Part shown: one piece after another, positions 11,963 to 26,199 of the stretch
Layout of the letters: each line of letters begins with the position of its first letter
Position numbering within the stretch: position 1 is the first letter of the stretch
NCBI GenBank assembly: GCA_002633005.1
Contig: NMRA01000010.1
Span: 1,274,982-1,338,981, forward strand
Origin: Phoronis australis
Taxonomy: Eukaryota > Animalia > Phoronida
DNA: 64,000 nucleotides
Direction: 5' to 3'
The notes under the pieces: generated by a model
What the model was told of the DNA's origin: nothing
What the model saw: only the letters and a program-made list of their open reading frames with translations
The model's database searches: none
Program-made: the position numbers and the translations under genes

Positions 11963-14957
11963 GCTGTACATATAACTGCAAACATCACGGCTAAGCCGAG
12001 ATATTGTCTAGTCGTTTTCCCTCACAAGGGTAGGGTGATACTTTAAGATAACGTCGTTCGGACTGATTTTTACAGAATCCTTAACTGGAATTTTCCCCAG
12101 GACTGGTGTTTTGGCCACCGAGTATGGAAAGTTTTGAGACGTGAGTGATAATTAGGGGCCCCGGTCTGTAACATATGTTCGGCCGGGTGCCTGCTGTTTT
12201 GAGTGGAATTATTTCCACACCCTGGGCAGTGTTGTCGTCAAATCGATCAAATCGTGTGATTCAGAGTGATGAGCTCAATTGACAAGAAGTGTTTTTTAGA
12301 TTAGCCCCTAGTCCTGCCTCTAATAGCATTTAAGCCTGGAGAACAGCATCTGATTTTTTATTGGTGAATTAAAATGTGAACGGTTTATGAAACCATTAAC
12401 CTTTGCTACGAACGAATCGTGTAAGTAAAAGCAGTCATTCAATACACTGCAGTAGGCCTACAACGTAAACACCACAAGTAACGTAAGTAGCGTTGCATAA
12501 GAAACGCCACAAATCAACGCTCAGCTAATGACATTAATGGTGTAAAGTAAAACCAACATCTTAGAGCTACAGATTTACCTGTCAGCACTGACATACGATA
12601 AGGCACAATTTACTTAATTAAAGGCCTAATGTTTATTAAATGAACTTTCAATCATGAATAACCACACAGTCATCCTTACTCAGTTTCAAAATCATGATTT
12701 CTCGACTGCCTGTAGTGGTTGAACTTAGCATAAAATGTCGTCACTGGAAACCCATATTTATGGCTTGCGGATACGGATATTGGAATAGAGCTTTACGTTT
12801 CGTCATGCAGAAAACCTTATCTAGTGCATTACCCACAACCAGTTCTTTTCGTAGGTCGCCGGAGCAAAGTCGGCCTTATTTAAGACTTGGAATAGGCTTG
12901 GGGGATTCCAAGAGTCGCAAAAGCCCACCTTTAAGTATGTCTGGCAGTAAAATGAATTATTTCTTGAGATGGAGGTGTTTGTATTGCTAACAACGTGCAC
13001 TATCACCGTTTTTTGACTGCGTTCATGTTCTATTAAATATGATATATGCAGAGAACGGATAAATTTAGACAATGTAGAAACAGGGAAAACGCTTTAAAAC
13101 TCGGCAAAAATTCATTAAAAAGCACTAGATTTTCAGCCTTAATGTGTGCGGTTCTTTATCAGGACTATTAACATGAGTGACGCGAAAGGGTTACTCAAAG
13201 AACTCCCATAGCCCTGGAACGTCAACTCCAGCACCTGACCTATGAGTTGCAATTCCGAGACCAGCCGCGAGAGTTTGCACTGAGAATTTCCGGCTACCTG
13301 CTAGACTGAGTTTTGATGGAGAATCGTAGTTATCAAATCAAGGCTAATTTAATTGCTTCATTTTCATTTTCATTTTGATATTATTGTTCATCTAGCGAGA
13401 CTCTTGAGGCACAGTTTCATACAATCATCGAAATCTCGCAAAATTAGTCAACAAACCCCACAATTATAATTCTTTATAAGCCCCAACCTGTTGCCCTGGG
13501 TGGATGCTCTTTTCAGCTCGTCATTGAACCACTTTCGACAACCTATCATACTCCACGCGAAAAGTTTTTCAACAAGACATTTTTGGGTATTGAAATCATG
13601 TTATAGTATTTTACGGAAAGATGTTACGTTTCGCTTAAATGAAAAGTTTTGGCCTAAAAACTGAATGGTGTGCTTATGCAACTTTCGAAAAATTGCCCAG
13701 CTGTGTGCGTGCGTGTGTGCGGGGGTGTGTGCGTGTTTACCTGTTGCCCAGAAGCCGTTTTTGTTAATTCGATTTCTGAGAATTAGGGCTACTGTTATCT
13801 GTAGTATTTACTAATTCCCGTGAAATAAATGTTGATAAAATGAAAAGTTTACCTAAGAACCCAGGAGAGAACTTTGTGTTGCTGACAGCTTATAGTATTT
13901 GCTAACTGTCTCGCTCTTGTCGGACTGTCCCGTTTTTAATTTTTTTCCGCCATCCCGCCACAGCATCTATATGTCCCGCTTTTTGACATATGGCCAAATT
14001 GACAAATTATCATATGCTATTATAATTTCCCGCGTGACATAACCATATTTTCGGGCTCGACTAAAAAGAAAAAAAATCGTGACGTTTCATAGGTTTTTGT
14101 GGCACTCTCAAATTTTCCCATTCCACTATAAAAAACAAAATAAAACGCTGTGGGCCACTTTTGGGCGTTACCTCTCCCCTTCTACAAAAACGCTTTCGGT
14201 ACGTCTTCGCGTGTTGCACCTTCACGTTTTGGCTTAGACCCAGATGTACCGCTTTTTATCCTGAAGCGCGCTTTTCAGTCCAGTTGTTCCGTTTTTTCGT
14301 TCTCAAATGTTGACCGTGACAACTATGCAACAGGTGTTCAAAATATTGTCTACTATATTAAGTAACATACCAATAGTACAAATGTGTTCCAGAGTCTCTT
14401 GCGTACGACAGCATACACTAAATGTATCAGGGTCACTAACTTTCACGTTCTGAAGAAAAGAGTTAATTTGCAGACTTTTATGGAAGCCCTACACTACATC
14501 CAATGTGATGAGCTATACACAGTACATTTCAAAGCTACGCCTATTTTTATCTATCACAAAACTTTTTTATCCCATACGCGTTGAATCTGTCGAGGAAAAT
14601 CCTGCCATTTAATAAAGTTTCTAGTATTCACCTCCCGCACTACTTCAACAGTGACCTCTGGAAAGTTCAAAAGGTAGATCAATGTCGACAATGTACATAC
14701 ATATAGGATGTGATCCGCCATGTGAACAGCGGAATAATGTCTCGTGGGATATTACTTCATGTACGCCACTCTCGGTACGTTTTGTGTATATATACATATA
14801 CATATACATATACAGATTTCAGTTAGATAGTTGGAGTAGTTTATCGCATTTTTCGTAAATTATGAATTTTTATACCACAATATTAGCGTCAAATGGCAGA
14901 TACAACCGTGTAATAACCCATAAAGTTATCTCACTAGTGACATAACGACTTGGCGGG

Positions 14958-15031
14958 TAACCGAGGATGGAGTCGAACCCGGGACCCTGGAATTGCTGGT
15001 CGCCGACTTTACCACTACACCACGCAGCGAC
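14958..15031 (-). pseudogene. tRNA-like sequence (SINE head or pseudogene)
   Basis: On the - strand: A box TGGTGTAGTGG, B box GGTTCGACTCC, loop CCAGCAA. The stems are degenerate. Confidence 0.55.
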
Positions 15032-17739
15032 TGACGTCATCAAGAGGGAAACTAGAATACTTAAATGAGCACGCGCAATAATCACATGTTCAGCAAACCG
15101 CATTGTATTGTACTTATACGCTATGAAAAATAAGACACATAATTTCCATAAAAATAATATCTTAATTCAGTGAAATTTTTCTCTCATGTCCTCTCACTTG
15201 TAAATCACCGATCTCCAGTTTGAATGCGGGAATTGTGTCGTCAGGATCTTTGACTTGAGAATTATATTCAGTTACCAGTGGTAACCTACTTTAGCAGACG
15301 ATACTTTCTCGGTCGAAGCTTAGCGTGAAAAAAACGTGTTTTAAGTTATAATAGTTGGTAAACCTTAATTTAAAATTCAATTTATTTCTATTATATTGAA
15401 GTTTTCAATTGGTTTTGAGTAAAAGCATTATTTGACAAAAATAGCCCGGCTTTTCTTAAAAGGTCACGACCTCCGACCCCGGGCCTCTGACATAGAAAGT
15501 AGTTACAAAGCCGTGGAGAGTCAGAAAAGGTAAATCGATTCATTGCAATGTGCAGATATGCACCCCAAGCCTGTAGCTGCTGTAAAATATAACTTGACTG
15601 CCGTGTCATGCAAGCTGCAAAAATTCATTAATAAAAATTTTGCGTGCACGTATACGTGTCACACGATCTGCGATCATTATTGATAAAAGATGACAAACGA
15701 CACCAAAACAAGCGGAGCAATCTGTGTAAACCCGCTTCTTTAAAGAATCTTCAGAGGGGCGCATAGGATAAATAGGTTATATACTCGGGAACCCAATGGT
15801 CGTCCACCTAAGCATAAAACCGGCTTGTTGTCGTACTCACCTAACTGTTCCACTTCAAAGTTATGCTCTGAATAGGATTTGATTTAACTCTCACAAATAT
15901 ATAGTATTCGTTGATACAAAAGTTTTCCTTGATTGATACCGAGTTGTTTCAACTGCGCATTGCTTTTCGGCAGCCATTTTATTATGAGTCCTACGGTCGT
16001 CATATGTTTCCGCCTTTTGAAAGAACAGAAAACCACACAGAAAAAGGCCAAGAAATTAGTGGAAAGTAGTTTACAACAATTCTAGTTCCAACCACAATCT
16101 GTTTTACTGGTATGATATCGATTATTAAATCGATTTAAATTGATTCAGAATTTCAGTTCTGGAAAATAAATCGCGATTGTTTTATTCCAGATAGACCTCA
16201 CTTATTTTCTATTTGTGACCTCTTTATTTGACTTTTTGCTCTTGTTGTTCTTAATACCACTTATATCAGCTGTCTTTCTTTTTCTTTTCAGTTTTTCTTC
16301 ATTCTCTGTTAACACCTTGTCAGCCAAAACAGAACTGTAACCCTCTGAGACTTGGTCGGCGGAAGTTCATCATTGAAACTCGATGTAGTTCATGTTCCAA
16401 TAAATTACCCAATATCGTATTGTTTGATTTTTAACAGACTTCAGCAATCATCAATAAATAAATAAATACCCAAGTTGCATTTGCATTTTATTGCTCAATC
16501 TCTTCTTTTATATATCGTGCTGTGTTGTATATGACAATATCATATTGTGAAATAAAGTCAATGTTTTACTTTATTGGTGGCCACTCTCTATCACTTCGAG
16601 TATTTTAATTTTCTTCACATAAATCCAAAATGCCTGAACCAAAAATTTCAACATAAATTTTGAGCTTAGTGCTGTGTTTTGCAATAAAAAACAAGTGGAC
16701 GATATTTCGATGACCAATGCGTGGAGCGAAACTGTTAAGCATCCAGCGTGTTGCATTTGTCTGCTGCGTTTTTCCTTTGGCCTAATAAGTGTCGATTAGT
16801 GTCTGGAACAAATAGATACATTACATAAACAATCCCTGGGTTGTTTTTTGTTCCGTATGAAGAAAATTTAATTTCGAAAATATCATCTGAAAATGAACAA
16901 AAAGTGCATTAGTAAAATCTACAGGTTTTTAAGTGGTCTCAAAAAACAGTCGGTAAATGCACCAATTTTTGTCTCAGTTCTTCCTTGCGTGTTACTCCCG
17001 ATAGGTTAGTACCAGTGGTAATTATATCGAGATTCGTGATATGCAAAAATATTTGAACGAGGACAAATGTAACTGTATCAAACGGCACGAAAGGTCCAAT
17101 AAATGTAATATAAAGATTAAAATTTTGGATGAATGCCTGACTAAATTATCCGAAGCAAGTGCGAGGGATCCATATTCTAAAGTTTTGTGTTTACAGGGTA
17201 GAGATCTTTTGAATCACTGAAATTATTTCCCTAATAGTCATTTTTACAACCTCTCTGGCTCATTTCCTTCTATATGGTACTATTACTCGCTGTTTTTTTT
17301 CGCATTTTTATAGCACTCTTGGTTTTTATAGTTAAACAAGAGCAACGAGGAGCGTTGAAATTCACCCACGTTAGTACCGCAAATGGTGTGCTTCTATGTG
17401 TGTTTTCACTATTATAAAAATTGCCAATAGATAGTGCAGAATGCATCAAACCCATCGGAATTGAAAAAATGGCGTCGTTTCTGTAAAACCCCAACTTTTT
17501 GTCAAATTTCATGAAAATAGGCCAAGCAACTCCCATGATATTGAAGCAAATGTAAAAACCACTTGACACCAGGTGGCACAAATGTAGTTCGATTGGTCTG
17601 AAACCACTGGATTGAAAACTGCTCCCTAGACACTTACTGATCCCCAGTTGTTGCCCATACATGTATTTTATGCATCCTGCCGTTACTCACTGACATAACT
17701 TGGGGCACTTTCAGTCAAAGAAGATAGACTTGCAGAATA

Positions 17740-18850
17740 TGCGCCTTGGGTTGCTCTGGAAAAAGCACTTGGCGGCCAGTGATGTGTGTAGTCTTTCGGT
17801 TGTTTCGTAATGCATGTCCATCAGTGATAACCCAGCAAGCCTTTTCTCAGAATAGTAGCCTTCAAATTTGTTTTTACACGCCTGAGCACAGAAAATGATC
17901 TCTCCAGCTCACAGGATCTAATAGGGGATACACATCCTATCAATATTAGCTCCCTGACGTTTGGAAAAATGCCAACGTCTGCGTGCTTAAGTGTGGAACG
18001 TAAGTTACTTGGCAATTCCCTCGACTTTTGAGCATTCCAGGGGAACGCCAGAGTCGGAGTTCTCCCTGAAATGAGAGTAACTGTGTTTGTGTATACTTTT
18101 TATGTTGTACCATTTCATAGGTCAATGGGTAATTTAAAAGAAGACATAACGTGTTACTCAAAATGCTGATAGTCAGAAGCGAGTCAGTCACCTTCAGGGA
18201 ATCTGGTGATGCCAAGTGTATGTCCCAGAAATGCAGCCGATTCTCCAGTGAGCCTACGTCTCTACCCCTCATCCTTCTTACCACTAATGACCCCTAAGCT
18301 CCTTGAAGTTTTCAAGTCAATTCAAAAGAGCGCTGTTTCCTGGGTGATAGATGGAAGAGCAAATAGATATCACTGATAAGGTCAGTCGCGTTTTGCAGGG
18401 CTGGAACAGAGCACGATTTGCCAATAGACAGACTAAGGACATGAAATTGCTTTGAGAAACAAGGAGTAATGGGTAATCACCCTGGATACGGGCTCAAGCT
18501 AGACTCAAACAACTTGCCATAGCAGACACCCCGTCGAACAACTGACCACGAATGTGCTGCGATTAGACCATGCTTGGTTAGTGATTTGAGGATAGCATTG
18601 GCGATCTCTTATCCAGAGGCCCTTTTGCATGTGAATGAAATCAACTAATGCTTCCTTGATATGAGGTTCGTCACTGAAGTCGATCAGCCTGATGCAAGGA
18701 GACATTATTTCCCGGTTTACATGAGCATCTGTTGCCTCATCAGCAATGATGCTGTAATACGTCACTGTTGACAGTTGTGCTAGTATCTCGTATGAGCTCT
18801 GCAATGACGTCTGTGATGTCGTTTTGTGTCGCTGTGGAAGTGTATAGTTG
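17740..18850 (-). mobile_element. hAT-family transposase remnant (ZMYM1/P52rIPK-like)
   Basis: YSIIADEATD...CIRLID (first catalytic D) and IFPNV...SCELERSFSVLRRVKTNL (hATC dimerization domain), broken by frameshifts and stops. Confidence 0.85.
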
Positions 18851-20469
18851 ACTCTTCCTTCTTTGAATCCTATATTTCTGAATTTATTCGAGTTAACATG
18901 TATTTTGGTTAATTATTTAGGTAGCTATTTCGGCTTATGAGTTAAACTTGAACTCCAACAATCGATAAAAGCTTTGTTTTTGATTGCCAGTGGATAACAT
19001 GTACTGCAAACAGGACAACAAAAAGTCGTGTCTAAGACATTTCATTCCATATCTGCGAGTTTCTTCCAAACAACTCGTAGCAACGATTATGAAAAGAAAT
19101 ACTATTCCCATGGTACTATGTTAAAACGTATGGCCATCTTGTCGTTAGAAAACCATCGGAAATATTACTTTTGTGTAGTTCACAAATAGTGGTCGTCAGA
19201 TTCTTCAAACATCCATCCTTTCCAGGGAGGTTTATCCTGTTATATTTTTCAGTGCAATCATTTTTGGTTGTTTGGTACGAATGACTTGATACTGCTGTGA
19301 TTTGCACGAATTTGCTTTGTGTTTATTCGGTGGATTATGAATTTTATCGTCTTGCACGTTTGAATAGTTGATAGCGAGACAGGACCCCGTCTAAAAGGGC
19401 AGCCCTTAATACGAAACGCTACATATCTTTATAATTCCTTCCTCGACATAAAAGGTTGATGTATTTCACCAAAACAGGAAAATGGAGGCGATCTGTTCCA
19501 TCATTAGTCCCTCTGTGAGAGGCTCCTTAAGAAGTTACCAATAAAAAACGGATGCCATCAGTGTGAAAGGATGTACAACTTCAAAAACAGGAAAGGAGCA
19601 GCAATTATTGTTACCTGTCAGGTTTTCAATTTTTATCAAATGATATTAGCGCAACACTGAGATGACTCCAATATCCCTTGCCAGAGAGGGGTCCCTAAAG
19701 TTTGGTGAACTTAATATGATCTACAAAATATGTGCTTTACAAATTTCTCGAAATACGTGTATGAATGATTAAGTGCACGTTTTCAAGTGCATTCAGTTTC
19801 CTTCACAACGAGTTTCAGTTAGACGTCGCCGACCACAATTAGCACCTTCAGTTCTCCCGTCCAACTTCTTTGTCCGCTACACCGGGATCTTTTCCCATCA
19901 ATAGTAGCGATTTAACACAGCGCAAGCTTCAGGGAACTTCCTACCCGGTCCGGATCACATCAACCTTGTAAAGCCAGTCAACATTTCAAGCTACCATATA
20001 TAAGGTAAACATCAAACATCGGTAAAAATTAGGCTCGACGCGCGTCTGGCCCCAAATGTAACACAGTCAAACACCATCACCAGAACGAGTGGTGCTTAGT
20101 CAACAACAGTTCTACTATACATACATGTAGCTTCATTTCGTCGCTACATCTCGATTTCAAAGAAAAGTGTGTCATTCACTTGTGCCTTTCAACTCCTTGC
20201 AGGCCGAAGATCACTTAGCCACATCCGCGCCGACAATGTTACAATAGAGATTCATCGTCCATACAGACAGCAATAAAGCTACACTGGACACTCGTTATCG
20301 TAGTGCCCCGTAGGTTAGCAGGTAATATATTCACTGTTCTACAGTATCGTGCACTGCCACTGGTATATTCACAAACAAATTCATCAATATATGAATATTT
20401 AACACTCAATGAATAGGCAAAGCCCAGATACACCGGTCAGTAGCACGTGCCAGAGGGGACTGAACTTAA

Positions 20470-22724
20470 AGTCCTTCTCTCACGCGTTGTTAACCCTTAT
20501 TACATGGTTAGAGGATGTTATAAGGATCCAAGAAGTACTTACCCCATAACTAATACACAATCCGTACTCGAAAAAAGTTTAAATGAACGCGCCACTCACG
20601 ATTCGCACCCGAAGAACCACCGCCATTTTGAACTTGCCGCGAACCCGGAAGTACAATTCATTCAGGAACCCAGGCCGAGAAAACGTCGTCAGTGCGACTG
20701 GAGCAGTGCCTGTACTGTTACCAGCCAGCAAACGGGGATAAAATAATCGACAGCTCGCCTTAATTTTAATAAAATCAAACTACGGAAATTTATCGAATTT
20801 GCTGAAGAAATGCGGCGAAAAAATTTTGACAGAAATTATTTTGCCAGACTCGGGACCGCAGCCTATCGGACCCGGTGCGGATCGAGACCAGACACTGGCG
20901 AACGGTAAATGCATGCGGTTGCAAGCTGTTTTGTCGAAGTAAAATGGTCAAATCATAAATGCTGCATATATTCAAGGGTAGTTTCAGACACTTGCATGAA
21001 ATTACGGGCTGGTTAGTCCTGTGTCACACTGCCGCGGCAGACCTTAGTTAGCCTCAGTCACCTGCTACCAGTGAAGACTATCGTCAAAATACAGCTTGTT
21101 AGTAGGCCTATACAGCTTTGCACCAAGGCTACCGTTAGGCCTAACTGATCGCTGGCCACAGCGCTCGCTCAAACGAGGTTTAGTTAGAACTTGGGTACTT
21201 CTGGCGAACTGTGCAAAGTTGTTGGCTTTCAATGGAGATTTTCCCAGACTTTGTATGAGCGCACCAAGCCTAAAAGAATGGGGAGGAGGTTAGAATTTTT
21301 GGGAATGTCTCTCTTTTAATATAAGATTCAGTGGGTATGTTCAGAGCTATGAATTGCAGACTCTAAATTTTGGTACTTCCTGTCTTCTAGTGGAATATTG
21401 GACCTCATTTTCTACATTATTCGGAATTCGTGCTTCTATGACTGAGGCAGACCTTTTTCCAGTTCTCCAAAAAGGGGGCTCGTTCGAGCACATAAGTACA
21501 TGTATGGCAAGTCCAGTACAACATGTTATCATTTTTTATTCATTAAGCCAAAATGATTCAAACTTTTAACATAATAAGTAACTTAAAATGCACAATACTT
21601 TACAACATTTAGCATTATAAACACTATTCAACAGCAACAGTTCCCATGATATGAAAGTGGACATACATGTAACTATTACCATGGTGACAGAATAGTGTTT
21701 CCTTACACCAGAATTTGACAAGCATCATTTAAAAAAATATGAAGGTGCAAGGAACAAGAATTAGACACTTGAAGCTTCACAATCCAACATAGCTTATTTT
21801 CCAAATTAAGATTATTCATATTGTTGACTTGATAACCTGAATTAAGAAGCAATAAGTTACAAAACATGACTTGAAAGCAATTGAGACTTAAAATTTAGAA
21901 AAATATGAATCATTTTGTGACACCGAATCAAGTCTTGAACAGCAGTTGACAGTCAAACAAAAATCCATTTCAAAATTATTTCAACTATTTTTTTAGCTTA
22001 GTGTAAGATCACCTGAATGGGAAATTTACAGTAAAATAATTCGAATATATCTTATATTTTTGCACAAAAAACACTAAAATGGAACAAAGTTTCTGTTTTA
22101 GCAACGTTTGTCAAAATGTATCAACGTTAAATCTTCGCAAATTACAAAGTAGCCGATTGAACATGCCTTTCAGTTCAGCAAATGTCGCCATGTTGTCGGT
22201 GCCGCCAGAAATGAGACGAAGTCCAACGGAAATTGTGAGCACATTTATCACTTAATGAGTAACAACTGCGAGGCTGAAATTTGGTGAACACTGTTAAATC
22301 GTGCAGAATAGTAAGTAAAGATATGTCTAACTAAATTTCACCGTAATTTGTTGGCGAAAACAATTTACATGGCCGACTCGATCCAAACAAAGTGACCCAA
22401 ATTTCGCCACAAACTTGCATTAACTTTACACTGCTTGCCCCGATTTTGATACTTTTTCGATTTTTACTGAGTAGAATGCACTACCTTTCCGATGATAGCA
22501 AAGTACTTTTTCAAAACGAGAAAAAAAATAAAACCGAAAAAATTGGTTCGACCCATATTGGTTCCTAGGTTCGACCGGCCCACGTAAGGAACTAAACACC
22601 AATGCTATTTTAACATACTGAGTACGCGTAACATTCCAAAAAAAATCAACGACCACTAACTACAAACAATAGTAGTAAATATTTTCGGATACTGGAACCA
22701 CATGGGCAGTTTGAGAGAAGGACT
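20470..22724. mobile_element. Non-autonomous TTAA-flanked DNA transposon (Kolobok-type)
   Basis: TTAA|AGTCCTTCTCTCA ... TGAGAGAAGGACT|TTAA. Perfect 13-bp TIR, TTAA target duplication and RR..YY termini. Confidence 0.82.
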
Positions 22725-23367
22725 TTAAATCTCTCAGCGATAATCATTCACACTATGTTCAGTGGCAGGAACAGAATTCATCGACATTTAATTGTTTTTT
22801 TTTTATTTTTCTAAGTCTAGTTTGACATCATTTATTTTGTGCTGCGCTATTGAAAATTCAATAGGTGAGTTTAAGAAGATCGATGTAATACTGTAAAAGC
22901 ACATTTTGGTAAAACTAGCTTGCGTTAAATTTTATTTTATCAGGCTTAAACTAAAATGAACATGAAACGATATCTTGGAATTAATGAAACACGAAAACCA
23001 GTACCCATTTTCAGCATTGCTTCTAGATTACAAAAATATTGCAAGAGTTACGCTTCACTAGAAGAACCTAATTTTTGCCCTTACAGACAAAACTACCCCT
23101 GTACTTAGAATATAAAGTCACTACTTGGGTTACTAAAAATACCCGAAATATTCCCGGCGAAAATCTAATGATTGTAATTTTAAAATGTGCAATTTGTTCC
23201 GCGGGTTACGAAGCACCGGTGGAAGCTGCTGCATGAAATTGAGTTTTTGAAAATAAGACAGGGCATTGTCGTTATTAGGGAATACAAATGTTTTGACGAA
23301 CTGTACTTACGTAAGCCTAATAATCTTTTTATAATTTCTAAGCCACAATGAAGATAGAAGATTGGTT

Positions 23368-24345
23368 TTAATTGCAATGACATTTTACACGGAGGAGTTT
23401 CTTGAATGCTTTACGAAAGTCTGATATTGATATTGCGTATATAACGGGATTGAGCGCACTGTTAAAGAAACTCAAGTCTATAAATATGTTGTTTATAGTA
23501 TGATGCCACCAACTTGAGTTCAGTGTCACTGGAAAGAAGGTTTTCACAATAGCCAATGGGAAATAACACACAGTGTACGCTAGCAGAATACGAGACATGG
23601 TCTTTAAAATCTTGTATTGTTTCGCACGGCTTTCATCCACTGCACGGTCGCTGCATGTTATCTTTCTCTTTTGTTTCCAGGCTATGACTATCATGTAGAT
23701 GTGCATCGTATACGTGGCTATCATAGGAACGTAAAAAGCAAACGCATACCCAATGCGAGCGGTCCGCCCGGTGACCAGGGTTTCGGCAATGCAAACGTCA
23801 CCCACTTCATACAGATGTCCTTCAAAGTATATGGAAACAAACAGAGACAAACATAAAACGATTATTATGTATATATGCGCGACGAGCACAAGACCGCAGC
23901 AGTTTCGAAGCGTCATTATTGTCATGTACTTGAACGGAAAGGCAATAGCTATTACTCTGTTGAACGCAACAGAAGCCAGCGAAGTTAGAGTTGATCCGCT
24001 TACCCACAGGTTCAGAAACAGCGTTGCGTAGCACTGAATGCGGGTGAATACTAGTGCATTGGGGCCAATTAGTGGTGAAACGAACTTCTTGACTGTGTAG
24101 AATGGCTCCACAAGAATTGCTGTTACGAAGTCTATGATGGCGAGGTTAAAGATGAAAATGTTACTGACCTCATTCTTTATGACATGAAACTTGCAGTAAG
24201 CAATTATGACAAGGATGTTGCCCAAAAACATTGGAAACAGCATCAGAGAAAGGACGCATATGTGATAAATAAGAACACCATCCGGGATGACAGAGGAGAA
24301 ATTTGATGCTCCAGACGTGTTGGCCGAGCTTGAATTCACGTCCAT
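23368..24345 (-). CDS. Intronless class A GPCR, copy 2 (325 aa), paralog of 2736..3713
   Basis: Same motifs (NLAIID, FNRV, CYFP, NSALNPVIY). Aligns to copy 1 without gaps, with about 41 amino-acid differences by hand count. Confidence 0.96.
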   Translation of the reverse strand: MDVNSSSANTSGASNFSSVIPDGVLIYHICVLSLMLFPMFLGNILVIIAYCKFHVIKNEVSNIFIFNLAIIDFVTAILVEPFYTVKKFVSPLIGPNALVFTRIQCYATLFLNLWVSGSTLTSLASVAFNRVIAIAFPFKYMTIMTLRNCCGLVLVAHIYIIIVLCLSLFVSIYFEGHLYEVGDVCIAETLVTGRTARIGYAFAFYVPMIATYTMHIYMIVIAWKQKRKITCSDRAVDESRAKQYKILKTMSRILLAYTVCYFPLAIVKTFFPVTLNSSWWHHTINNIFIDLSFFNSALNPVIYAISISDFRKAFKKLLRVKCHCN

Positions 24346-24422
24346 TTCCTCAAAAGTCTTGTTTAGCGATGTCGAAGACTTGGAGTTCCAACTAGCTGTT
24401 TACTGAAAAAGTTTTGCGTGGC

Positions 24423-24430
24423 TATTTATA
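24423..24430 (-). promoter_or_regulatory. Candidate TATA box of GPCR copy 2
   Basis: CCTATAAATAGCC on the - strand at the same distance from the ATG as in copy 1. Confidence 0.55.
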
Positions 24431-26199
24431 GGCGCTACGTGCTTGAAATCGTGACGAAATGGTTGTGGGCGATTATTTATTGGTGCTACGTGTCTGAAAT
24501 CGTGTTGAAACTGGAGGAACACGTTGGAAAGTGGTATCAACAGTCGGTTTCATCAATTTTCTAGCTGCTTATGCACACACATTGGTGACACTAGAGACTG
24601 CAATGCAAGTTATATATCCCAGGAGTAAAGATAGGGCACACCCATTCCGAGTTATTTTAGTTGAAAATCGAATTTCAGCTCAAATGTGGTTCAGCACTCT
24701 TCAGTGGCACTTAATGATGCTCTTTTATGCAAGATTTTTGTATGTTTGGCATTAAACATTTTATAGTTCATTTTAAGTTTTGTGATGCTGAAATGAAATG
24801 CTTGTCGCTTTTGGATGACAACGAACGTCATGTACATGTATAATGAATTTAGAAGATTCAATTCAAGTTATTCAGGTAATAAGGCAACCGGCCGATATTA
24901 CGAAGGGTAACATATGAGCATTTATGAACACAGGCACACACATTTCAAGTTTTAACAATAGATTTACGCCTTTCTTCAGATTTTAATAAAAATTTACTGA
25001 AGTTTAATAACTCTTTTATACTGTTTATTTTCATGATATTTAGAGTTAGAAAAGTGCACTCGACTATGTTTCTGATAAGAGGAAGGTATTTTTGACGAAA
25101 GGCACAATGACAAAAATGAATTTCATTTTCAATAACATTTAGGACTCAACTAATTCACACCCTTTGTGAACGTACACTACCCGTTCTTCTAGCTGCAACT
25201 GACATTAAACTGGATTGAACAGATCTGCTCGACATTTTGCTTGGTTTTCTGTCGTCGCCGTTTGAGGTCGCAAAAAATAATCTTCTATCGCATGTTAGTT
25301 TATATTTTACTGTGTATAGTTAGTCTTGTATTGATGTACATTGGTTTAACAGTAACGTTGGTTTTCTCTGAGTTGTTGTAGCACATCCTACCGTAGATTA
25401 GTGCAAATTGTATTTTGCAATTACATTAGTCAGAGAGATTAGTGCGAGACTTAGTCTGTGTATTCTTAATGGATTCATACATGAGTTTTTTGGTAGATTA
25501 TCGATATGGATTTTAATTGCTTGATATTAATTTGCAATAGCAGTTAGATAACCTTATAGTGTAGAATTTCTTGTTACAGATTAGTGTTCCGGACAGAGCT
25601 GTTGTGTGCCGCCCTTACCACGTTATTACATGTTTTATATTATAGAGAATGCAGCTTATCTAATCTGTATACAGCAACAAGTACCGACACTTGAAGCAAA
25701 GCAATAATAATGGAGTGTCTCTGGTAGTCTTGTGAACACGTCTTGTCTCTTTCGAGGTCCAAGAACGAAGAACGAGTGAACCACTAACCTGTTACGTCAT
25801 CACTCCCAGTAGGTCCGGACCTTTATCCAATCAGGACCATGATAGTACAAAAGCCCGCGAACCTGACTTTCCAGTCAGATTTTAAGTAACAGACTATCTG
25901 GTTCACCACAGAGCTAGTCGTTGTGTCACACCTAGTCCAATTGAGTGGTGGATTTACCTGTGATTTATTTTGTTGTAATTGTAATCATGTGCTCATTGTA
26001 AATGAATAAAGTTTACTACGATGCTGTAAGTAATTTGGTGAATTTCTGTAGATTAAAATGGAATTCATTATCACTTGAGCTGTGTAATTCGATGATTAAT
26101 TTGTTACTTGTCATGATTATGCATGATTTGTTTAGACTGATAATAAGTTTTAAGATTGTTATTGTTTTATTTCATAGGGTGTAACAATAGGTGCAATAA

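Larger units (their letters stand above)
19140..25227. repeat. Segmental duplication unit B, interrupted by ~3 kb of non-homologous DNA (about 20230-23365)
   Basis: Direct-orientation homology to unit A on both sides of the insertion. Confidence 0.88.
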
